Source of the DNA: an uncultured virus (IMG/VR IMGVR_UViG_3300046694_000616)
Lineage: Duplodnaviria > Heunggongvirae > Uroviricota > Caudoviricetes
Direction: 5' to 3' (one strand)
DNA: 57,286 bases
IMG/VR virus record: IMGVR_UViG_3300046694_000616
The stretch's first letter is position 1. Each line of letters begins with the position of its first letter. Shown here piece by piece: positions 38,536 to 46,916 of the stretch. The position numbers were made by a program, and so were the translations under genes. The notes beneath the pieces were generated by a model. The model was not told the DNA's origin and made no database searches. It saw only the letters and a program-made list of their open reading frames with translations.

Positions 38536-40809
38536 TTATGCGAGGTAGTCGGCGATGAGCACTTCTGCGTCATAGGCGGTGACCACTTTCTGGCCAGCCT
38601 TCGCCGGCGTCACAGCGGTCGGCAGTCGGCCCGTGAACACGATGTCAGCATCTTCCGGCGTCGCAACCAGCTCACCGCGCGCCTTGGCGTGGTCTTCCAG
38701 CAGCGCGCCCAGCGTCGGCCGAATCGGCGTCACGATGCCGCGCGCCAGCTTGCTCATCATGTCGGTCGACGTTTCCACCGCATTGAAGCCGGAACAACGC
38801 GACGGCAGCACGAGGTCCGCCCACACGAACTGGCGGCGCGCCACGTCGACATAGCCCACCAGCACCCGCTCGCCGGATGTTGTCAGGTCCACCTTCTGGC
38901 GCACACTGCGTGCGTCATAGATGGCGCCGCTCTGGCCGTCGGTGCGCGACATCCAGCCCAGATACGCTTCCGGCATGTCCGCGAAATTCTGCTTCGTGTA
39001 GGCGTACGCCACGAGCGCGATGTACGCGGCTTCCTCCGGCAGCATCTTGAAGTCGATGTCGATGAACTCGCACGCGCCTTCCGCCGCCGACGTGATGTCG
39101 CCGCTGTGCGTCAGGCCTTGCGCACGCAGGTTCGTGAAGCTGCAATGTTCGATGTGGTTGAAGCTCTCGTCGAGCACCGCGCAGGACAGGTCCAGGTCGG
39201 TACGACCGATGGTGTACGGCTCGCCGTCCTTCGTCACGCCGCTTTCATTCCACCACAGGAACGCACGCATGATGGACTCACTGCCGAGGTCGATGCGCGA
39301 GCCGCGGCCTACCGTCAGCAGGCTCTTCTGCGCGGTACGCTGAGCGAACGGCACGCTGAATCCCGACAGCGCCGGGTCAACGTAAACCTTGCCCATGGTC
39401 GGCAGCTTTGCAAAGCGCGCCGCCAGCACGTCCGACACCGTCTTGACGATGAAGTCGGTCGCGCTTTCCGTCAGGCGCGGGGAACCACCTTGCGGCACCC
39501 ACATGCGGCCCGCACCCGCTTTCGGGGAGAACGCCTGCACTCCGTGCTGGTCTGCAAGCATGCGGTGGCGCAGCTGCACCAGCACCGGCGTGGAAACCTT
39601 GTCGGCCACGCCTGCAAATGCCTTGAGTACGGCTTCCTTGTTCGCGCCCGTCGCCTTGCGCACGACCTCATGGAGCTTGCGAGCGAACACGCCCGGGCGC
39701 TGGATAAGCAGGTCGATGGCGGCAAGGGCATCGCGGGTGGCGAGCCGCTGCTCCACAATACCGGCCCAATTGACCGGCTTTTCGTTGGAGCGAAGCGCCT
39801 TGAAGTGGTCGTACGCGAGCGGGAAGCGGCTCTGGTATTCGCCCGGATGCAGTGCTTCGCCCAGGCGCACCCACTGCTCGCGGCGCTGGAACATCTCAGC
39901 TTGCACAGAGCTGGCAGCCAGGGCATTCAGTTGGGTCAGCAACAGCCGGCGCAAGCCGCGCGAAATCTTGCCGAAACGCGGTGGCGCGGACAGCGTCAGG
40001 TCGACCGTCTTCAGGTCTTTTGCACCCACGGCCGCGGCGAGCCGCAGTACGTCGGTCGGTGTCTGGATAAAGCGGCCGAACGATGAGCCCACATAGGTAA
40101 TCGGAGCCGCCTTCAGCAGCCAGCCGCCAACCAGCGCGCGGTGTTCCTTTTGCGGGATGGTTGCGTGTTCCTTCAGAAGCTCGAGCAGACGGCCCGCCTG
40201 GAATTCGTTGAACCACGAGAGCGATTCGAGCACCACATCCTTGTTCGCGGCGGACATCGAGGCGTTGCCGTTGATTAGCCGTAGCAGCTGGTCTTCAACC
40301 GCGGTCGGCGCAGCGAGCGCGAGCGCGGTCGGCTTCATGCTTTCCAGCATCTTGAGAGGCGGGCGCTTGGCGGCCGAGTATTTCGGCAGAACCCGGACAC
40401 CGAACCAGTCGCCACGATAGTGGTTCCAGGCATTCGCGAGCAGCTCCGCATCGGAGGCTTCGAGCACCTGCTCCGGAAAGTTCGGGTACATCGGGTGGAA
40501 CATGTTGTACGCGCCCAGCGCACGGCTCAGCATGAGCACCAGGTTGCTGTGAACGCGAATGAGTTCAGCGTCAGGCGTCCACGAAAGCGTCACCAGGGCG
40601 TCGTGGCCGTAGACGAAGCCGAGAGCTTCGAGAGTCAGCTCACTGTGAAGGGCTTTCTCCAGGTTCGGCCCCGTCTTCCCTTGGTCAGCCTGCGCGGCAT
40701 ACATCGGTTCGAGCACGGGAAGGACAAGCTTGCCGCTGCGAAGAATCGCCGCGAGGATGTTGAATTCGCGGGAGTTAACCCGGTAGGCGACGTCGGCCAG
40801 CGTAAGCAT
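38536..40809 (-). CDS. Large helical protein with C-terminal TerD-like domain
   Basis: PMYPNFPEQV, TPTDVLRL, RPGVFARKL; TerD-type DLDLSC..HSGDITSA..GACEFID. Confidence 0.8.
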   Translation of the reverse strand: MLTLADVAYRVNSREFNILAAILRSGKLVLPVLEPMYAAQADQGKTGPNLEKALHSELTLEALGFVYGHDALVTLSWTPDAELIRVHSNLVLMLSRALGAYNMFHPMYPNFPEQVLEASDAELLANAWNHYRGDWFGVRVLPKYSAAKRPPLKMLESMKPTALALAAPTAVEDQLLRLINGNASMSAANKDVVLESLSWFNEFQAGRLLELLKEHATIPQKEHRALVGGWLLKAAPITYVGSSFGRFIQTPTDVLRLAAAVGAKDLKTVDLTLSAPPRFGKISRGLRRLLLTQLNALAASSVQAEMFQRREQWVRLGEALHPGEYQSRFPLAYDHFKALRSNEKPVNWAGIVEQRLATRDALAAIDLLIQRPGVFARKLHEVVRKATGANKEAVLKAFAGVADKVSTPVLVQLRHRMLADQHGVQAFSPKAGAGRMWVPQGGSPRLTESATDFIVKTVSDVLAARFAKLPTMGKVYVDPALSGFSVPFAQRTAQKSLLTVGRGSRIDLGSESIMRAFLWWNESGVTKDGEPYTIGRTDLDLSCAVLDESFNHIEHCSFTNLRAQGLTHSGDITSAAEGACEFIDIDFKMLPEEAAYIALVAYAYTKQNFADMPEAYLGWMSRTDGQSGAIYDARSVRQKVDLTTSGERVLVGYVDVARRQFVWADLVLPSRCSGFNAVETSTDMMSKLARGIVTPIRPTLGALLEDHAKARGELVATPEDADIVFTGRLPTAVTPAKAGQKVVTAYDAEVLIADYLA

Positions 40810-40859
40810 GTGGATTCCCCAGATAGCGTATTGTTGTGCACAGGCTCCCCGCAGGACGG

Positions 40860-41005
40860 AAATGCGGGATGCCGTCGGACGACGAACACCCCGCGCTACG
40901 TCTGGAGCAGGAGAGCAGAACCGCTAGTTCCAGTATGAGTTGAATAGAAGGAAGCGGTTCAATAGCCTGCATAACCTGTCTGGCATCGAGACGACACCGA
41001 CATTG
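40860..41005 (-). ncRNA. Putative structured ncRNA, copy B (may also be the leader of the TerD-domain gene)
   Basis: Core GCAGGCUAUUG-stem-UUCCUUCUAUUCAAC..GAACUA-stem-UGCUCUCCUGC shared with copy A; own promoter; 3' hairpin 40864-40894. Confidence 0.7.
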
Positions 41006-41011
41006 AAGAAC

Positions 41012-41040
41012 ATTATAGAGTATTAAGCTGTTTTTGTCAA
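41012..41040 (-). promoter_or_regulatory. Consensus sigma70 promoter for ncRNA copy B
   Basis: TTGACA (41040-41035), 17-bp spacer, TATAAT (41017-41012). Confidence 0.85.
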
Positions 41041-41085
41041 CGACGTGCCATCGAAGTTGCGTTGCAGTGATTTCGGACGCACAAA

Positions 41086-41236
41086 GCAAAACGGGATGCC
41101 CGCTGGGGCACCCCGTTTCACAGTGTAGAGCAGGAGAGCAGCGCCGCTAGTTCCCATGGCGTTGAATAGAAGGAAGCCGCGCAATAGCCTGCAAAACCGG
41201 TCAGCTGCTGAAGCCTTCGCTCAACAACCGACATGA
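41086..41236 (-). ncRNA. Putative structured ncRNA, copy A
   Basis: Same core at 41128-41192; promoter TTGACC-16-TATAAT (41270-41243); terminator hairpin 41089-41118 with U tail; no ORF. Confidence 0.72.
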
Positions 41237-41294
41237 GATGACATTATATCATCAAAAACGCGATGGTCAAGCGATGTTTGAAGGGCGAGTTATG

Positions 41295-41537
41295 TCAGGT
41301 TGACTGTCCTACCGTGAACGCGACGGCACTTCCATGGGCCTTTGCCAACTGAATCATTTCTTCTTCTCGCAGGAAGTACGCGAGCGTGAGCCGTGCACCA
41401 CCTTGTTCAGCCGCTGCCGCTAACTCTGTAAGTTTATCGAGCTTAAGCCCGTAACTTGAATGTAGAGTCAAGTCGCTGCCGCACATCAACAGCTCGTTGA
41501 ACGTTTCAAACTTTCTTTCGCTTAGGTTCGTTGCCAT
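41295..41537 (-). CDS. Small hypothetical protein (lower GC)
   Basis: 80-aa ORF. Confidence 0.5.
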   Translation of the reverse strand: MATNLSERKFETFNELLMCGSDLTLHSSYGLKLDKLTELAAAAEQGGARLTLAYFLREEEMIQLAKAHGSAVAFTVGQST

Positions 41538-41615
41538 TTTCAAATTTGGAGGGTTGTTCGCGATAGCAGCAAGTCGGACCGGGCTCGCCGCCGTCAGTTC
41601 GGCGTATCGTCGGCC

Positions 41616-42521
41616 TCAGAACCGCATCAGGCCGGTACCCGCGGCACGCGCGGGTTGCAGTCCGTTCAGCCCGCGCGCGACGACCATCGCCGTGTTGCCC
41701 GACCACGATTTCACCGTTGCATCGACGCTTGTGCCTTCGATGACCTGGATGGTGGACACAATGAGTTCCGCCATCTTCTTATGGTCGGATAGCGGCAACG
41801 CGCGCTCGCCGAGCAGGGCCTTCCAGTTCGCCTTAACCTGCGAGTCGCACGAGCGGCTTTCTTCGACGAGCAGGTGGAACACGTGATAGCTGCGGCTGGC
41901 CATCGTCAACAGCTCTTCCGACGTCAGGTCGCGCTCGATGTCGTCACCGAAGATTCGCTTCACCTGCTCGCGGGTGAGAACCTTGTGCGGGTTCTCATCG
42001 CCGACCGTGAAAAGGAAGCCCTTCTTTTTGCGCTTTTCGAAGCAGTCGATGGATGTGTGGCGCGCCGCGAAGTACCAGGGCAGGTGGTAGCTCTCGCCGC
42101 CGTTGCCGCCGCCATTGCCTTCCAGCCAGATTTGCGACAGCTGCGTGGCGATACGGATGTCCGCCTCGAACTGCGTCACCTGCAGCGGCGCCTTGTCCGA
42201 ATAGGCGTCACCCACGCCCATGCACATGACGTGCGGGTCGCTGACGGGCTTGCGCGCGATGAGCTCTTCGACGAGAACGCCCATGCCGTTGCGCACCAGC
42301 GCTTCTGCGAGCATGCCCATCGAGCCGGTTACGTCGCCCGCCACAATGATTGCGGTCGACTTCGGATTGGCCGCGGAGTCACGCGACTCACGCATGGCGA
42401 CCCCGTGCGGATTCAGGTCCGCGTGGATGTATTGCTGGCTGAATACCTGCGCCGTCGACTTCGTGCTCGTGCTCGACGAGAACGAATCCCAGTCCGAAGA
42501 ATTCCAGTTGCTTGAACCCAT
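41616..42521 (-). CDS. vWA-domain (MIDAS-like) protein
   Basis: DVTGSMG, GVGD, EGNGGGNGGESY, FTVGDE. Confidence 0.8.
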   Translation of the reverse strand: MGSSNWNSSDWDSFSSSTSTKSTAQVFSQQYIHADLNPHGVAMRESRDSAANPKSTAIIVAGDVTGSMGMLAEALVRNGMGVLVEELIARKPVSDPHVMCMGVGDAYSDKAPLQVTQFEADIRIATQLSQIWLEGNGGGNGGESYHLPWYFAARHTSIDCFEKRKKKGFLFTVGDENPHKVLTREQVKRIFGDDIERDLTSEELLTMASRSYHVFHLLVEESRSCDSQVKANWKALLGERALPLSDHKKMAELIVSTIQVIEGTSVDATVKSWSGNTAMVVARGLNGLQPARAAGTGLMRF

Positions 42522-42524
42522 GAT

Positions 42525-42818
42525 TTACTCCGTTGCGATGTTGGTTGATTGAGGTGCTGCGGTGCTGGCGGCGGCTGTTGCCATCACCCAGCAGGTGCGC
42601 ATTGCTTCAGCCGAATAGCTGGCGCGCGCGAAGCTCTTGCCGTATTCCGCCGTCATGAAAGCTTCGAAGGCCGGCGGCGTCTGCAGCCGGTCACCCAGCG
42701 CGTCATTGACGAGCCGGGAAATGCGGTCGCGCAACTGCTGCGTCCCCGCGTACTGCACGGCCGTGTCGCGTAGTGCGTTCACAAGCGCGGCGATTTCGTT
42801 GTCCTTGAGCGGCTTCAC
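42525..42818 (-). CDS. Hypothetical protein
   Basis: 97-aa ORF overlapping the upstream stop. Confidence 0.6.
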   Translation of the reverse strand: MKPLKDNEIAALVNALRDTAVQYAGTQQLRDRISRLVNDALGDRLQTPPAFEAFMTAEYGKSFARASYSAEAMRTCWVMATAAASTAAPQSTNIATE

Positions 42819-43885
42819 AGCTTGAATCCTCGTTGCGGGGCGTACAGTGCGTCGTGCGTCAGGTCCATCGGGACGAATTTACGCGGCCCGAACGCGTCGA
42901 TAAGCACGCGCGACTGCCAGTCCTTGTAGGTCGCGACAGCACTCTGGTGCGTGCTCAGCTGCAGCCAGTCGACCAGCGCAGCCGGTACCGAAGCGTCCTT
43001 TGCCAGCCGAACTCCGGTCGGGTCGCCGAGCAGCTCGCGGCCGAGCGCCTGAATCATTTCCATGTCGGTTCGGGTGTCCCCAACCTTCTTCTGGAGCACA
43101 GACGGCGGCGCGCAGAGCATCAGGCGCTGCGACGCGGCTTTCATCGGCGCGCCCAGCGGCGTGGCAAACCACCATCCACCCAGAAGGTGCGCGGTGTGCT
43201 CCGCCGGCGAGATGAATACGGTGTCCGGGCCGATGGCGTTGTGTGCGACCTTGCCTTGCAGCTCGAGATAGCAGGCGATGTTGAGCAGCCTGCTGAGAAT
43301 CCAGGCGACGTGCGCCGCGGGCATCTTGCCCTGGTAGAAATCGAGCACGTCCTGCAGAAGGAGCTCGCCCGCTGTCTTCTTGAGCACCAGAAACGCACCG
43401 GTAGCCGTCTCGACCTTCTTCAACACTTCAGGGAAATAGCGCGAGAATTCCTTTCGCATCGTGTCGTTTGCGTAAGTCAGGCGTGCGATTTGGCGCTCGC
43501 CATCCTCGAGCAGGTCCAGATTGTCGTGCGGGACGTCAAAGGCCACCACGTTGCGGCCGACGAACATCGTCCCGACTTCGAGCGCGACCTTGCGCGAGTA
43601 TCGCAGCTCGAACTGCGCGCCCGCAGTGCTCCGGAGGCTCAGCAGCCCGGGCGTCTCCCAGGTGCCTTCTTCAATTTTGCGCTTGGCTGCCGCCTGTAGC
43701 TTGCGCAGCCGGTCAAAGACGTCGGTGGCGCGCGGTGCCTGACAACGGTCCGGGTGCCACTTCTGCTCCAGCCGGCGCGCTTCTTTCTCAGCCGCAGCCG
43801 CGCCCGAATACAGGCGTTCCGGGGCATCCTCGGGAATATCGAGGATGTCGTCTGCTGAAAGGGTGGCTTGCTCAGTTTCCGTCAT
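42815..43885 (-). CDS. J-domain (HPD) protein fused to a degenerate protein-kinase-like domain
   Basis: KWHPDR; HVAWILSRLL..VAHNAIGPDTVFI..LLGGWW resembles the kinase catalytic loop and DFG region. Confidence 0.7.
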   Translation of the reverse strand: MTETEQATLSADDILDIPEDAPERLYSGAAAAEKEARRLEQKWHPDRCQAPRATDVFDRLRKLQAAAKRKIEEGTWETPGLLSLRSTAGAQFELRYSRKVALEVGTMFVGRNVVAFDVPHDNLDLLEDGERQIARLTYANDTMRKEFSRYFPEVLKKVETATGAFLVLKKTAGELLLQDVLDFYQGKMPAAHVAWILSRLLNIACYLELQGKVAHNAIGPDTVFISPAEHTAHLLGGWWFATPLGAPMKAASQRLMLCAPPSVLQKKVGDTRTDMEMIQALGRELLGDPTGVRLAKDASVPAALVDWLQLSTHQSAVATYKDWQSRVLIDAFGPRKFVPMDLTHDALYAPQRGFKL

Positions 43886-44047
43886 ATCCCGTTAGTTCTT
43901 AATTGCAATTTACGACTAAGTATAGGTCGACCGTCCGAGAATACGCAAGCTCTTTCTTCCGGGCGCTTATCTTGTCCATCAAATCCTGCTTCGTAGTTGG
44001 CAAATTGCTTGATTCATAGTATACTACAGAATCAGGAGAGCGAGCGA

Positions 44048-44527
44048 ATGTTTGAACCCATGGCGGCCGCAGCCCGCGCCATCCAGCTGGCGCGCGCCGG
44101 CACACCTCTCTATTTTGAAGACGGTCCGGTTGGTGACCTGGAGCGTGATGCGCTGGCGGAAGGCCTGCCGCTCTGGCTCAAGGCCAAGGCGGGGCACCTC
44201 TATCTGGCGGTTAATGCCTCGTGGCCTGGCTTGGTCAAGATTGGCTGCACGCGGCGTAGCGTCGAGGCGCGCATGAAGGGATTGAGCGGCGCCGGCGTCC
44301 CCACTCCATGGGTTGCTGCCCGAGTTTGGGATGTCCATGACGCGCACGGGCTGGAGGCACAGGTGCACCGAGCGTGCGGACAATGGCGCTCGCTCGCTGA
44401 CAAGGAGCTATTTCAGGCCCCGTTCGACGCGCTGATTGGCAGGGTCGACGAGGTATTGCGGTGTGACCGTGCCTGTCTGCAGGCCCAGCTTTCTTACTAT
44501 TTGCCGCCTGAATTCGTGACTCACTAA
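44048..44527 (+). CDS. GIY-YIG (T5orf172-like) domain protein
   Basis: GHLYLAVN..PGLVKIGCT..R..L..GVPTP, LE..VH, ELF. Confidence 0.8.
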   Translation: MFEPMAAAARAIQLARAGTPLYFEDGPVGDLERDALAEGLPLWLKAKAGHLYLAVNASWPGLVKIGCTRRSVEARMKGLSGAGVPTPWVAARVWDVHDAHGLEAQVHRACGQWRSLADKELFQAPFDALIGRVDEVLRCDRACLQAQLSYYLPPEFVTH

Positions 44528-44541
44528 CGCAAGGCCAAGTT

Positions 44542-46005
44542 ATGCGATGTCCAGTGGGTTTTATAAAAAGCGCCGGTTGTAGCGCGATTTTGGTGCTGCT
44601 AAGCGCATGCGCTGCGCCGCCGCCGACCCTGATACCGCCAGAGTTGAAGCAATTCAGCCGCGACGCCGATGCAGCGACAATGGCCGCGCGGGACAACTAC
44701 AACAAAACGTGGTGGACAGAGTTGGGCCTTCCCGAACTCAACGTTCTCATCTCAGAGGCAAACAAAGGGAATTTCACCGTGCAAGCGGCGGCGCTCCGTT
44801 TAAAGGAGGCCCGCGGTATGGACGATGCGTCCATCTGGAATCTGCTTCCGAAGACGTCTCTTCAGCTTACGGAAAGCGAAGGGGCTATCACGCAGTATCA
44901 GGTCAAGGGCTATCCCAATGCGTCCGCGCCTAGCGGCATCCATCCGACGTCTCGTGGCGCGGTGACCATGTCCTGGGAGCTTCCGTTGTTCGGCAAGGCA
45001 AGCGCGACAACCGCATTGGGTGTAGCCCAGGTCGACTTGGCCAAGTGGACACTCGCAGAAGCAAAGGATACCGTCAACACGGAGCTTGCACTGAGCTACT
45101 TGGAGGCGCTCGGCACACAGTCCATGTTCGTCGCTCTCGTGGAAGCGCGCGACACGGCACGCGCGCTAGTCAGCGAAGAGGCGACTCTGCGGGATGCCGG
45201 TTTGTCATCGCAAAGCGATGTTGACCGGCTAGAGGGGCAGGAACTGGACGCAGAAAGCCAGCTACTTCAGGTGAACAATCGGCTTTCGACACTTCGCGCG
45301 AAAATGGGTACGCTCATCGGCAACCCTCAGTCTTCTACGCTGGAAAACCTCTCGCTTTGGCGCCCGGTGGCAAACAATGGCCCAAGCGCCCATTTCGACG
45401 CGGTCATCGGTCGCCTGCAACAGCACACCCAGGTGGATGCCGCCGGAATGCGGCACCGCTTCGATGTCAAGATAGCCGAAGCGAAGGTCGCGCAGGCCGC
45501 AGCCCAGTCTGGATTGGCCACAGCCAACCTCTACCCGCAGTTCTCGCTGGAAGGCGCAATGAATCTGGTGAAGGGCAGTCTGGACAGTACCGGGGTGACA
45601 AAGGGCTTCTCCAGCATCGGCAACCTTGACCTCGGGCTGCGAATTCCCTTGCTGGACTGGTTCGCACTTAAAGCCGACGCAGTAGCCAAAAAGGCGGAAT
45701 TGCAAGCCGTAGTGATGGACTATAGGGCGACCGTGCTGGCGGCCTGGGAGGACGCAGCCTCAACATCCGCCGAAGCTTCAATGACGCTGGGCCAGGTGCT
45801 GCTGGCAGCCAGGCAAGAAACGTTAACTCGCGGCGAGGCAGTGCGACAGGACGCAGCCGTGGAAAAGCAATACGTTGCTGCCCGAGATGCCCATCAGGCG
45901 CATGCGGCGCACAGCGCAGCTCTCAAAGCAAAAATTCAGGCCGAAACCAACTTCCTGTTGAGTTGGGCTCGATTGCGAAAGGCGGCGGGAGGATGGCTCA
46001 ACTGA
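44542..46005 (+). CDS. Outer-membrane efflux lipoprotein, TolC/NodT family
   Basis: Lipobox LSAC, WWTE..L..LI, SWELPLFG, RFDVKIAE, ANLYPQFSL. Confidence 0.85.
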   Translation: MRCPVGFIKSAGCSAILVLLSACAAPPPTLIPPELKQFSRDADAATMAARDNYNKTWWTELGLPELNVLISEANKGNFTVQAAALRLKEARGMDDASIWNLLPKTSLQLTESEGAITQYQVKGYPNASAPSGIHPTSRGAVTMSWELPLFGKASATTALGVAQVDLAKWTLAEAKDTVNTELALSYLEALGTQSMFVALVEARDTARALVSEEATLRDAGLSSQSDVDRLEGQELDAESQLLQVNNRLSTLRAKMGTLIGNPQSSTLENLSLWRPVANNGPSAHFDAVIGRLQQHTQVDAAGMRHRFDVKIAEAKVAQAAAQSGLATANLYPQFSLEGAMNLVKGSLDSTGVTKGFSSIGNLDLGLRIPLLDWFALKADAVAKKAELQAVVMDYRATVLAAWEDAASTSAEASMTLGQVLLAARQETLTRGEAVRQDAAVEKQYVAARDAHQAHAAHSAALKAKIQAETNFLLSWARLRKAAGGWLN

Positions 46006-46065
46006 CCGGCCTGACCCAGAAAAAGCCCAGCAACCGCCGGGCTTTGAGGGTACTGACTGGCTGGG

Positions 46066-46716
46066 TCAGTTGAGCATCACATGCGAAATAACCACTGCTG
46101 CGGGCGCCGCGAGTTTCACGCCGAAAAGCGCGAGCATGCCACCGGATACCGTTTCTACCTTGCGACGCTGCGCCGTGTACAGATGCATCACGGCCTTGGT
46201 CGTGAACACCGCAACGATACTGCAACGCGCAATAGCACTGACGCCTGCGACGCCAATCACGAGCGTGATGGCTTCACGAATGCTGGGGCGCGCGGAGAGT
46301 GCTGCAATGAACATCGTGGAAAAAAACACGATGGCCTGCGCGTTCACCATACCTGCTGTGAGGCCGAGCCGGTAGGCCAGACTTACAGACAGGTTGCCCG
46401 CTGTCTCCAGGGCTTCCTGCGGCAGTTGCGTAGCCTTTTGCTTGAGCATCAGACGCACGCCGCCGTATACGAACCACATGCCGCCCAGAAGACTGATGGC
46501 TTTCACCACCAGGATGTTCTGCGCTACCAGCGCTGCAAGACCGGCGGCAGCCATCGCGGCGAACACGGTGTCAGCGCTGGACAGGCCGAGCGCGATGAAC
46601 AGACCGGAGCGCCGGCCGTGCGTTATCGCATTCGTGACGGTGAGCACAAACGATGCGCCCGGCGTCATTACGTTCACTGCGAACAAACCAAGCATCACAA
46701 AAAAAGCGAACGACAT
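46066..46716 (-). CDS. LysE/RhtB family translocator
   Basis: MTPGASF..GRRSG..ALG, NAQAIVFF, multiple TM. Confidence 0.88.
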   Translation of the reverse strand: MSFAFFVMLGLFAVNVMTPGASFVLTVTNAITHGRRSGLFIALGLSSADTVFAAMAAAGLAALVAQNILVVKAISLLGGMWFVYGGVRLMLKQKATQLPQEALETAGNLSVSLAYRLGLTAGMVNAQAIVFFSTMFIAALSARPSIREAITLVIGVAGVSAIARCSIVAVFTTKAVMHLYTAQRRKVETVSGGMLALFGVKLAAPAAVVISHVMLN

Positions 46717-46916
46717 TTACTATTTTTCCTTATTCAAATGTATGGCCACGTAGCCGAGTTGTGTCAATCGACATTCGGTATAGGTCGCCACCAGGCCCGT
46801 CCAGCAAGGCTCTCGCGTGATGTGGCGGGCTGCGGGGCGCGCAAGGTCCTGTACGGCGCCGAAGAGTCCGTATCGCCCTATACAGACTTAGGAAAAACTA
46901 CGTACAGGAGCAATCC

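Noticed and set aside
40905..41192. Repeat pair as a CRISPR array
   Set aside because: Only two ~65-nt imperfect copies, each with its own promoter and internal covariation; no cas genes and no regular spacing
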